A stretch of 36,983 bases of DNA from an uncultured virus (IMG/VR IMGVR_UViG_3300034158_000001) (taxonomy: Duplodnaviria > Heunggongvirae > Uroviricota > Caudoviricetes), in the IMG/VR virus record IMGVR_UViG_3300034158_000001. One strand, given 5' to 3'. The position numbers and the translations under genes are program-made. The notes beneath the pieces were generated by a model, which saw only the letters and a list, made by a program, of their open reading frames with translations, made no database searches and was not told the DNA's origin. The stretch's first letter is position 1. Every line of letters begins with the position of its first letter. This document shows positions 1-8,249 of this stretch, one piece after another.

Positions 1-1
1 A

Positions 2-529
2 TCGGGCTCGATGTACCACCTTACCTCTGACGTTATCGGCGGTTTCAATTCGCTGATTGAAGAGCAAAAGGAAGTAGAAGGTGCGGCCAACGTGAGCCTG
101 TATACTTTCTCCAATGAAGTGAAACGTCGCCTGAACAAGGTAGAGCTTGACGAAGTGGAGGCACTGACCACCACCAGCTACCGACCAAACGGTATGACTG
201 CAATGAACGATGCCATTGGCACGGCTCTGCGTGAGGTTTTGAACGACGCACCAAACAAAGCCATTATCAACATCTTTACAGATGGTCAGGAGAACTCTTC
301 GAAGGAGTTTAGCTCCGCCGCTGTTAAAGACTTGGTAGAACAGGCCGAAGCCAAGGGTTATCAGATTGTTTTCCTAGCCGCAAACATCGACGAACAGGCG
401 GTAGGAAAGTCGTTTGGCTTGCAAGCTAGTGCAACACGTAGTTTTGTTGCTGACTCTTTCGGGCTTGAGGGTGCCTACCTGATGGCATCTGCGTCCACTA
501 CCAACTACCGCACTGGAGGTGTCCAATGA
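2..529 (+). CDS. vWA domain protein (5' truncated by window edge)
   Basis: Frame is open from base 2 (S-G-S-M, end of MIDAS DxSxS); G-M-T-A-M-N-D-A and I-F-T-D-G-Q-E-N-S-S-K-E motifs. Confidence 0.85.
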   Translation, partial: SGSMYHLTSDVIGGFNSLIEEQKEVEGAANVSLYTFSNEVKRRLNKVELDEVEALTTTSYRPNGMTAMNDAIGTALREVLNDAPNKAIINIFTDGQENSSKEFSSAAVKDLVEQAEAKGYQIVFLAANIDEQAVGKSFGLQASATRSFVADSFGLEGAYLMASASTTNYRTGGVQ

Positions 530-819
530 CCGATTTCTACAAAGAAGAAAGCACTCACGTACAAATGAGTGAGCAGGAATTGTTTGAAGCCCTGGTTGAT
601 CTGATGACCATTCAACTCTCGACAGCAGACCAAATCTCTGCCTTGAAGAAGGCTCAAAAGTTCAACAAGAAAACCAACCCAGGTGGTATCCCCTCTGAGG
701 ACGTGGCACTTGTTGCAGGAGCAGCTAAACTTGAAGCTGCGGCCAACTACGAAGAGTACAGCGAAAAGACCTACGCTTTGAAGACGAAGTTTGAAGAGCT
801 GACAGGCTACAACGTTTAA
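526..819 (+). CDS. hypothetical helical protein (weak resemblance to phage dsDNA-binding/GapR-like proteins)
   Basis: GGAGG RBS, ATGA overlap with upstream stop, followed by terminator. Confidence 0.6.
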   Translation: MTDFYKEESTHVQMSEQELFEALVDLMTIQLSTADQISALKKAQKFNKKTNPGGIPSEDVALVAGAAKLEAAANYEEYSEKTYALKTKFEELTGYNV

Positions 820-822
820 ATG

Positions 823-849
823 AAAGGGGAGCTAAAAGCTCCCCTTTTC
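823..849 (+). terminator. intrinsic terminator
   Basis: AAAGGGGAGCT-AAA-AGCTCCCCTTT-T hairpin. Confidence 0.8.
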
Positions 850-868
850 ACATCTGGAGGAAATAAAT

Positions 869-1906
869 TTGAGAGAGGACATTCTAATTTTTGATGCCGA
901 CAGTATTGCCTACAAGGCTGCTGCTGCAAACGAAGACAAGAGCATTACAAGTGAGCATATTGAGAAGGGTGTAGTGGAAAGCTGGCCCAACAGAACAGCC
1001 TTCAGAGCTTATATCGCTGAGACCACTCACACAGAGGATATGTACATCATCAAGGACGTACAGGAGCCACGCCACTCAAGTTATGGCAAAACCCTGATTC
1101 GTGACATGATCAAGGGATATCACACAAGGACAGGAGTTAATAAGGGTGAGATTTATATTGGTGGTTCTGACAACTTCCGAGACTCTATTCCTCTTCCGAT
1201 GACTTGGGTAGCAACTTGCGGTAAATGGGCTGGCAAGAGTAGACTTGGCGGGAAGTATAAAGAAAACCGAGAAGACAACATCCGACCTGTTCAACTTAAA
1301 GAGTTGCGTAACTTCATGGTAAAAGAGCTTGGTGCTATCGTTGTCGATTACCAAGAGGTTGATGACATGTCGTCTATCCGTGCATTTGAAGGTTTCAAGT
1401 CTGACACCGGACGTGTGATCCAAGTGACTGAGGATAAGGATGCACTTCAATGTAGTGGGTGGCTGTTCAACCCTGCCAAGATGATCAAACCTGTGCTGGT
1501 TAAAGGCTTTGGGGAGCTGCACAAGGACGGTAAAGGAGTCAAGGGTACTGGTAGGCTGTGGTTGTACTACCAAGCGCTCTACGGTGATTCTGTGGACAAC
1601 TACCACGGCTGTGACCTATGGAAGATCGCACAGGATAAGTCTGGTAAGAGTGTAACGTTTGGCGAAGTGGCAGCATATAACCTGCTGAAAGATTCAACCA
1701 ACGATAAAGAGGCTCTGACAGCACTTTATAATCAGTATAGAAGCTGGTATCCTGAGCCGGTAACGTATATGGCCCATGATGGTATTCTCCACACCAAAGA
1801 TGCTGTCGAAATCATACAGATGTATTTTGACTGTGCACATATGAGACGTTGGGAGGATGACCGTATCGATGTTGCAGCCATGCTTGATAAGTTGGGGGTG
1901 ACTTAA
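869..1906 (+). CDS. 5'-3' exonuclease / flap endonuclease (T5 D15, T7 gp6-like)
   Basis: IFDADSIAY, NFR, YKENR, EVDD, DKD and GDSVDNY acidic motifs; TTG start with GGAGG RBS. Confidence 0.85.
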   Translation: MREDILIFDADSIAYKAAAANEDKSITSEHIEKGVVESWPNRTAFRAYIAETTHTEDMYIIKDVQEPRHSSYGKTLIRDMIKGYHTRTGVNKGEIYIGGSDNFRDSIPLPMTWVATCGKWAGKSRLGGKYKENREDNIRPVQLKELRNFMVKELGAIVVDYQEVDDMSSIRAFEGFKSDTGRVIQVTEDKDALQCSGWLFNPAKMIKPVLVKGFGELHKDGKGVKGTGRLWLYYQALYGDSVDNYHGCDLWKIAQDKSGKSVTFGEVAAYNLLKDSTNDKEALTALYNQYRSWYPEPVTYMAHDGILHTKDAVEIIQMYFDCAHMRRWEDDRIDVAAMLDKLGVT

Positions 1907-2127
1907 TGAAGTTTGGAGTTGAACCTTCAAGGGAATATATACAACAGTGGGCTGAAGGCGTGTACAACGTCTACCAGCCTCTGGCTTGGCAGTATGCAGC
2001 TTGGGCGTATTGGTACTTGGGCTATGACGACCCAATGATTAGTGCTGGAGATATCGTGACAAACGGTATGATTCAAAAAATCACGGATGCTTGCGTACTT
2101 CGACAAAAGGAGTTCGACAGTGAGTAA
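1906..2127 (+). CDS. hypothetical protein
   Basis: TAATG coupling to upstream gene. Confidence 0.65.
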   Translation: MKFGVEPSREYIQQWAEGVYNVYQPLAWQYAAWAYWYLGYDDPMISAGDIVTNGMIQKITDACVLRQKEFDSE

Positions 2128-2599
2128 CTTCTCTAATCTATTTGAAATCCGTGGGAGTAACCTTGTAAGAAAGGTCACAACCGGGGCAAGAGGTGTGGAA
2201 GGTTCTGTTGTTGGAACGCAAGTTAAAGGCTATCTTAGATTTGAACTCGGTGGTAGAACTTACGCCGTACACAATGTGATCTGGATGATCCACAACGGGC
2301 AAGAAATTCCTGATGGATACATTGTTGACCATGAAGACGGCGATCCCCTGAACAACGATCCAATGAATCTAAGGCTTGCAACAAAACCACAAAATGGTTA
2401 TAATGCAAAGCTCTATGTAAATAACAAGAGTGGCTTCAAAGGTGTGAGTTTCGATGTCCAAACTGGTAAGTGGGTTGCACAAATCCGCTTCGATGGTAAG
2501 AACAAGAAGATCGGTAGATTTTCAACACCTGAGCTAGCGAATGAGGCTTTGGTAAACATCAGAGCCGCACTGCACGGAGCATTCGCAAATGACGGATAA
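2120..2599 (+). CDS. HNH homing endonuclease with C-terminal AP2-like domain
   Basis: VDHEDGDPLNNDPMNLRLAT..QN HNH motif; NNKSGFKGV...KWVAQI..GK.K.IGRF.T.E.A AP2 motif; GTG start after AAGGAG. Confidence 0.88.
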   Translation: MSNFSNLFEIRGSNLVRKVTTGARGVEGSVVGTQVKGYLRFELGGRTYAVHNVIWMIHNGQEIPDGYIVDHEDGDPLNNDPMNLRLATKPQNGYNAKLYVNNKSGFKGVSFDVQTGKWVAQIRFDGKNKKIGRFSTPELANEALVNIRAALHGAFANDG

Positions 2600-3149
2600 C
2601 TATCAACCGTGGACAGAGTACCCCAACATCTGGAAAACTGAGGCGATGTATCTGAGCTGGATTCGTGGTGGAATCCGGCGATACCTCTGGTCTAAGAATC
2701 CAGTGAAGCTGGAGTTTGTCAAGTCTGCCCGCAAGATGATCACCAATCCTAATGTGAAACTCCGAAAGGGTAGACCAGAAGTTTGGGGAGGTATTTGCGA
2801 AATCTGTGGGAGAGAGCACCCTCTGAAGAATATGGAAGTTGACCATAAGTCTGGTGAGCACTCACTCAAGAAGGTGAGTGATATCCAGAAGTTTGTAGAG
2901 GGGATTGTGTTTATTCGCAAAGAGGATTTAGCCTTTCTCTGCAAGCCTTGCCACAAGATCAAGACCAATGCGGAGAGGAAAGGCTTGAGCCACGAAGACA
3001 GTGCTATCGATAAAGAAGCTATTGCTTTGATGAAGTTAACACCAGCCGAGCAGAAAAACTGGCTAAAAGATCGTGGTGTTGATAAGCCTGGAGTGAATGC
3101 AAAGATTCGCCGTGAGCAGGTAACTAATATTTTGAAGGAGGGTAGATGA
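2589..3149 (+). CDS. HNH endonuclease (Zn-binding CxxC...VDH...LCxxCH)
   Basis: CEICG, EVDHK and LCKPCHKIKT motifs. Confidence 0.8.
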   Translation: MTDNYQPWTEYPNIWKTEAMYLSWIRGGIRRYLWSKNPVKLEFVKSARKMITNPNVKLRKGRPEVWGGICEICGREHPLKNMEVDHKSGEHSLKKVSDIQKFVEGIVFIRKEDLAFLCKPCHKIKTNAERKGLSHEDSAIDKEAIALMKLTPAEQKNWLKDRGVDKPGVNAKIRREQVTNILKEGR

Positions 3150-3487
3150 AGAAAATGTACATCGCTGTGCTGGACGAGGCACCAGATTACATGGTGCCAA
3201 CTCTGGTTGCACACACTATTTTAGGTGCTGATGACCACTTTTACGAACATCCTGACATGGAGACTGTCAGGCAGTACTGTGATTGGAGGGTTAACTCTTT
3301 CCGCAAGGTTGTCCTGCGTGTTAACAGAAGAGAGTTCGACAAAATCAGAGAGACACTCACTCATTATGCAGGACATGAAAATACCATCTGTGGTGGTGAG
3401 CGTAGCTGCTTAGTTGTTCTGCCAGTTGAGTCTGATGCAGTTCCAAACGTATTAAAATTCGCCAAAATGTGGAAACCAAGTGTATGA
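3146..3487 (+). CDS. peptidyl-tRNA hydrolase 2 (Pth2)-like protein
   Basis: KMYIAV...VAH...W...SFRKVVLRV pattern parallels Pth2 (KMVIVVR...QVAHA...W...GQKKVVLKV). Confidence 0.6.
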   Translation: MKKMYIAVLDEAPDYMVPTLVAHTILGADDHFYEHPDMETVRQYCDWRVNSFRKVVLRVNRREFDKIRETLTHYAGHENTICGGERSCLVVLPVESDAVPNVLKFAKMWKPSV

Positions 3488-3525
3488 GCTGGATTTTCGA
3501 CGCAATAGGAAAAGGAGGTAAGACA

Positions 3526-4299
3526 ATGCCACAAAAGCACATCATTATCGCAGACACCCAAGCTAAGCCGGGTGAGAGTCTAGACTACATGAGTTATATT
3601 GGTCAGTACATCGCTGATAAACGCCCGGACGTTATCGTCCATATTGGCGACCACTGGGACTTCCCAAGTCTATCGAGCTACGACAAAGGCAAGAAGGTTA
3701 TGGAAGGCCGTAGAGTCATTGATGACGTCAAGGCTGGACATGACGGCATGATTGAGTTGATGAAGCCTATCATCGCACTACAGGAGCAACAGCGTGCAAG
3801 TAAGAAGAAGGTTTACAACCCTAAAATGGTATTTACTCCTGGCAATCACGAGGATCGGTTTGATCGCTATGCCAACGACAACCCAGAGCTTTACGGCCTT
3901 GTTGGTGTGGATTCCCTCAATATTGAACAATACGGCTGGGAAGTTGCTGATTATCTGAAGCCAGTTTGTATTGACGGTATCTACTACGTCCACTACTTGG
4001 TAAACCCAATGAACGGGCGCCCCCGAGCTGGTAATGCTGCTGCACAGTTGAAGGCCGTAGGTTCTTCATTCGTTGTTGGTCACAAGCAAGTGCTGGATAT
4101 CGCTATCGCTGATAACCAACTCGACGGTAAATACCGCATTGGTATTATTAACGGTGCGTGCTATCCTCATGACGAAGCGTACAAAGGGCATCAAGGCAAT
4201 AACCACTTCCGTGGTATCATGGTCTTGAACGAAGTTGAGGATGGCTTCGGCTTGCCTTGCCCAGTCTCCTTAGACTTCTTGACTAAAAAATACGCTTGA
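3526..4299 (+). CDS. calcineurin-like metallophosphoesterase
   Basis: IADTQ, HIGDHWD, GNHEDR, VH and GHKQ motifs; AGGAGG RBS. Confidence 0.85.
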   Translation: MPQKHIIIADTQAKPGESLDYMSYIGQYIADKRPDVIVHIGDHWDFPSLSSYDKGKKVMEGRRVIDDVKAGHDGMIELMKPIIALQEQQRASKKKVYNPKMVFTPGNHEDRFDRYANDNPELYGLVGVDSLNIEQYGWEVADYLKPVCIDGIYYVHYLVNPMNGRPRAGNAAAQLKAVGSSFVVGHKQVLDIAIADNQLDGKYRIGIINGACYPHDEAYKGHQGNNHFRGIMVLNEVEDGFGLPCPVSLDFLTKKYA

Positions 4300-4324
4300 C
4301 GTAAGACCGGGGCTATCGTAAGAT
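4296..4324 (+). promoter_or_regulatory. sigma70-type promoter
   Basis: TTGACG-N17-TAAGAT. Confidence 0.65.
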
Positions 4325-4349
4325 GGCCCTTCTTTCATTGGAGGGTTCT

Positions 4350-4589
4350 ATGTCACAAACGAAGAAACAATCTCTCAAAGAAACCCTTACCAACACTGGC
4401 GTTGGCATGGTAGGCAGTTGGCTCATTACGATGGGCACATTCAGCGCCCTTGGGGTTTCGAGTGTAGCAGGCAATGCACTGGCCTCCACTGTAGCCACAA
4501 TCGGCTGTACAGTTTGGAGCATTGGGCGTGGCTATACGATCAGACGCTATTTTAATAAACAACATCAGAAGGAGAAGACAAATGAGTGA
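4350..4589 (+). CDS. small membrane protein of a common phage family (QTKKQSLKETLTN...)
   Basis: GGAGG RBS; two hydrophobic segments; C-terminal RGYTIRRYFN. Confidence 0.7.
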   Translation: MSQTKKQSLKETLTNTGVGMVGSWLITMGTFSALGVSSVAGNALASTVATIGCTVWSIGRGYTIRRYFNKQHQKEKTNE

Positions 4590-4779
4590 GCTTGTGAGCT
4601 TGAAGGACGTTGTAAGCCTGCCAGAGGCAGTTGAGTTCCTAGAAGGACTGCTGACCCAGCATGGAGACACTGAAGACGCCATGATGATCTTGCTGTTGAA
4701 GGTCAGCCTTACAAAAGCAATCCTTGAGAAAGCACTGGGGGCTGACCCAATCATCGTTACATTGGAGGATGTGGAATGA
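4582..4779 (+). CDS. hypothetical protein
   Basis: AGGAG RBS, overlapping stop/start. Confidence 0.6.
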   Translation: MSELVSLKDVVSLPEAVEFLEGLLTQHGDTEDAMMILLLKVSLTKAILEKALGADPIIVTLEDVE

Positions 4780-5405
4780 GTGTTAGAGTACTTACAATCC
4801 AAGAGATGCTAGATTTACCAAAAGGCGCTCACGCTATCTTGGTAAAGAACGTCGATGATCTGGATGGCGGTGGCCTAGAGGCAGGGGCTGGACTGACCAA
4901 GAAGGGTGAAGTGTTTTGGCACTCAAGCGGGCACCGGTGTGACTTCTTTGAAGAGGGAGAAGTTGGAGTTGTTGAACAAACAGCTACAAATTTTGATCTG
5001 TCTGTCTTCGCACCAGAAACTGGTGAGCCTGTCCTGGGCGTATTTCGTCCTGATCTGGATACGCGAAAAGTTGGAAAGATTCGTGTTGAACTGGTTGACG
5101 AAGGTTTCCCACTCGCATTGCGTGAAGTCGCAAAGGTAATGACTTGGGCACAAAATGCGAAAGGTTACAAAGACCACGACTGGCAAAACCTACCAAATGC
5201 TGAAGTTGCTTTAGCTGCTGCGGCCAGCAGACACCGTACAGACCACATCGAACAAAGAGTTGTAAAAGGTCTTGACACTGAGGAGTGCGTGGATGTAGAA
5301 TCCTCACTTCACCACAAAGCTCATGAAGCTTTTGGTGTACTCGCTCAACTTGAGTTGATGTTGCGTGGTAAGTTTGTTGACAAGCATACTGCATACACGG
5401 TATAA
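4776..5405 (+). CDS. dATP/dGTP diphosphohydrolase-domain (DUF5664-like) protein
   Basis: VAKVMTWA...KGY.DHDW...AAASRH...D.ES.LHH.AH pattern. Confidence 0.65.
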   Translation: MSVRVLTIQEMLDLPKGAHAILVKNVDDLDGGGLEAGAGLTKKGEVFWHSSGHRCDFFEEGEVGVVEQTATNFDLSVFAPETGEPVLGVFRPDLDTRKVGKIRVELVDEGFPLALREVAKVMTWAQNAKGYKDHDWQNLPNAEVALAAAASRHRTDHIEQRVVKGLDTEECVDVESSLHHKAHEAFGVLAQLELMLRGKFVDKHTAYTV

Positions 5406-5406
5406 T
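5377..5406 (+). promoter_or_regulatory. sigma70 promoter with perfect hexamers
   Basis: TTGACA-N18-TATAAT. Confidence 0.75.
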
Positions 5407-5428
5407 ATTACCCAAGCAAGATAATGAG

Positions 5429-5460
5429 AGGGAAGCCCCTTAAAAAGGCTTCCCTTTTTC
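5429..5460 (+). terminator. terminator-like hairpin
   Basis: AGGGAAGCC-9 nt-GGCTTCCCT-TTTT. Confidence 0.7.
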
Positions 5461-5476
5461 TATATAAGGAGAATTA

Positions 5477-6427
5477 ATGACCATCACAGCAAAAATTATC
5501 GCTCACTCGGTTTCACCGAACGGGCAGCAAATTGTCACATTCGAACTTGAGTATCCAAGATTCGTCCACTCTGAACTGATGACACATCGACTATTCTCTC
5601 GTAATGCAGCATCCAGTAGAGCTATTCCCGTAAAGAATATCATCGAACAAGTAAGAAACAGCCCTGCAATGCCCATACATTGGGGAGTAAACGAGCCTGG
5701 AATGCAAGCGTCCAATGTGCTGTCTGATGCTCTAACCGCATCCGCGAAGTACATCTGGAAGAAAGCAGCATATTCTGCTGCTGACTTTGCTGAATGCCTT
5801 GTGAAGATCGGGTTACATAAGCAGGCAACAAACCGCATCCTCGAACCCTTCCAGACAATGAAGACTGTGATGACAGCAACTTGTATGGACAACTTCTTCT
5901 GGCTGCGTAACCATGAAGACGCCCAACCTGAAATCAAAGAGCTTGCTCGTTTGATGTGGGAAAAGTTACAGGCAAGCACACCGTTTGAACTGGAGCCTGG
6001 GGAGTGGCATGTTCCTTATGTCCACACTACAAGATACTTCACAACAAAAGAGATTCAGTACTGGGACATGCGAGCTGCACAACAGCTTACGCTTGAAGAG
6101 GCTCTGGCTGTATCCTCAAGCTGCTGCGCTCAAGTGAGCTACCGTAAGCTGGATGATACGCTGGAGAAGGCTCAGATGGTGTATAAACGCCTTGTAGAGA
6201 GTGAGCCTGTGCATGCCAGCCCATTTGAACACCAAGCCACTCCTATGCTGAATCCTGAGTATGAGGCTATGTTGCTAAAGCGGTTTATGGACGACGAAGT
6301 TGGTTGCTTTGACGAAGGTGTAACACACACTGATCGTAACGGTAAGAACTGGAGTGGTAACTTTGTAGGTTGGGTGCAATTCAGACAATTGATTCCCAAC
6401 AACGTGTGTCATAAATATGAACCATGA
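5477..6427 (+). CDS. thyX: flavin-dependent thymidylate synthase
   Basis: ELMTHRLFSRNAASSRA ThyX motif, LRNHEDAQPEI, HASPFEHQA. Confidence 0.92.
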   Translation: MTITAKIIAHSVSPNGQQIVTFELEYPRFVHSELMTHRLFSRNAASSRAIPVKNIIEQVRNSPAMPIHWGVNEPGMQASNVLSDALTASAKYIWKKAAYSAADFAECLVKIGLHKQATNRILEPFQTMKTVMTATCMDNFFWLRNHEDAQPEIKELARLMWEKLQASTPFELEPGEWHVPYVHTTRYFTTKEIQYWDMRAAQQLTLEEALAVSSSCCAQVSYRKLDDTLEKAQMVYKRLVESEPVHASPFEHQATPMLNPEYEAMLLKRFMDDEVGCFDEGVTHTDRNGKNWSGNFVGWVQFRQLIPNNVCHKYEP

Positions 6428-6851
6428 TTACGTTGCTGGGCTATTTGATGGTGAGGGGTGCTTTGTTATAACAATCTCCAAGAACACTGGAAAGGTCCGT
6501 AGGCAGGATTTTTACTACAAAGCAGAAGCTGCCATCGAGATACGTGAAGAGTTTTTAGTAGATGCGTTGATCGGTCTTTACGGAGGCAACAAGACAAAGA
6601 AGGTGCCAAGGAAAGAAAATCACTCCACCACTTACAGATGGAAGATTAACGGTGAAAACTTAAAAGCCTTCTGTCAACACATGGACGGAAGGTTGATGCT
6701 CAAGACTGAGCAGTCTAAAGTGATTCTTGAATTCTTCAAAGTACGCGAAGGTAAGACAACAACTGCACTGACTGATGAGCAAATTGCAAAGCAATTGTAT
6801 CTGAGAGGTGTTATTATGAATTTGAACAAGAAAGGAGTTTCACATGGCTGA
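6417..6851 (+). CDS. single-motif LAGLIDADG homing endonuclease, free-standing
   Basis: YVAGLFDGEGCF; downstream Y.W.I.G and L.LK.EQ pattern. Confidence 0.85.
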   Translation: MNHDYVAGLFDGEGCFVITISKNTGKVRRQDFYYKAEAAIEIREEFLVDALIGLYGGNKTKKVPRKENHSTTYRWKINGENLKAFCQHMDGRLMLKTEQSKVILEFFKVREGKTTTALTDEQIAKQLYLRGVIMNLNKKGVSHG

Positions 6852-7182
6852 TTACGCACTGAGTTTCCACGACCTGATGATGGTTGATGGCTTTAAAGAA
6901 GCACACGATACACAGAACAAGAAAGTATTCGAAGCGATTCTACAGACGAATGGCTTTGAGGTGAGTTTGGGTTACGAGCTTGTAGCCTGCAACCACCGAA
7001 CAATCAACAAAATTGAGTACTACGGAATTCGTGTTGAAGGTTTTGAACGTACAGATAAGGCATGGATTGACACAGGATGTGCGAGCATGGAAGCCCAGAT
7101 CGAAGCAGCTAAAGACAAGAGCCTGAGACATACGCTACGTCAAATGAGTTATCAGGGTACACTAACTCCTATCAGTGAATAA
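6844..7182 (+). CDS. hypothetical protein
   Basis: AAGGAG RBS; lies between thyX and nrdB. Confidence 0.75.
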   Translation: MADYALSFHDLMMVDGFKEAHDTQNKKVFEAILQTNGFEVSLGYELVACNHRTINKIEYYGIRVEGFERTDKAWIDTGCASMEAQIEAAKDKSLRHTLRQMSYQGTLTPISE

Positions 7183-7190
7183 GGAAACAT

Positions 7191-8249
7191 ATGACCAATA
7201 AGACAAGATCGGAGGCGGGCGTAATGCCCGTCCCGTTTGACTGGAACGCTAAGACTCGAATTATGACCGAGACAGACAGTTACGCAACTGTCTATCCACA
7301 GTTCTTAGAGTTTGCTGACCAGCAGTTCGACAAGCAGTTCTGGACAAATACAGAAATGAAGGTTGAGCTTGACCGGATGCAGTTGCTGTTTGAGTTAACT
7401 CCAGCACAGTTACACGCTGTAAAATTTGTACTCCAACTCTTCCTCAAGTATGAGCTGATTGTTGGTGAAGAGTTTTGGAATGGACTGTTTATTAGAGTGT
7501 TCCCAACTCCTGAAGCTAAGGCCATGGCGGCAGCATTCGCTGCATTTGAACTTCAAGTTCATGCACGGTTCTACAACCAACTAAATGTGCAACTTGGCCT
7601 CGACACAGACGAACATTATCGTGCGTATGCTGCTAACCCTGAGTTGGCTGCACGTGTAGAGTGGCTTGAGAAAGTGTTGAGCGGTGAAGATAAACTGCTC
7701 GCCACCATTGTATTCTCTATGACAGAGACTGCGTTGCTCTTTGCTAGCTTCGCCATCCTGAAGAGTTTCCAGACTAACGGGTACAACAAAATCGCTGTAA
7801 CTGTTCGTGGAACTAACCAGTCTGCAATTGATGAAGACTTGCATGGCTTGGCCGCAGCCTGGGCAGTTAACCAACACTACAAAGAGTTGGGACGTCCGCT
7901 GCGTGAGGACACTGTAAGAGTTGAACAGATTTACAAGGCTATTCAATATGCCTACGAACATGAATGTTTGATCATTGATCTTGCGTTCCTTGAAGATACG
8001 CTCAATGGTATGACTAAAGAAGACTTCAAGAACTACATCAAAGTGAGGCTTAACGTCTTTGCAGAACGCCTCGGACTTGATCTTCCATTCCCTGGAGTTA
8101 CCTCTCCAATCACTAAGTGGTTTGAGCTGGGCACAGACTCGTATAAAATGGTTGACTTCTTTACGCCTGGAATGGGCCTTGAATATGAGAGTGGCTGGGA
8201 TGAAACTGGGTTCATTCGTGGATATATTGAAACAGGGGAAATTGAATGA
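7191..8249 (+). CDS. nrdB: class I ribonucleotide reductase beta subunit
   Basis: FWTNTE, ELQVHARFY, ETALLFASF and DEDLH di-metal motifs, DFF tail. Confidence 0.92.
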   Translation: MTNKTRSEAGVMPVPFDWNAKTRIMTETDSYATVYPQFLEFADQQFDKQFWTNTEMKVELDRMQLLFELTPAQLHAVKFVLQLFLKYELIVGEEFWNGLFIRVFPTPEAKAMAAAFAAFELQVHARFYNQLNVQLGLDTDEHYRAYAANPELAARVEWLEKVLSGEDKLLATIVFSMTETALLFASFAILKSFQTNGYNKIAVTVRGTNQSAIDEDLHGLAAAWAVNQHYKELGRPLREDTVRVEQIYKAIQYAYEHECLIIDLAFLEDTLNGMTKEDFKNYIKVRLNVFAERLGLDLPFPGVTSPITKWFELGTDSYKMVDFFTPGMGLEYESGWDETGFIRGYIETGEIE

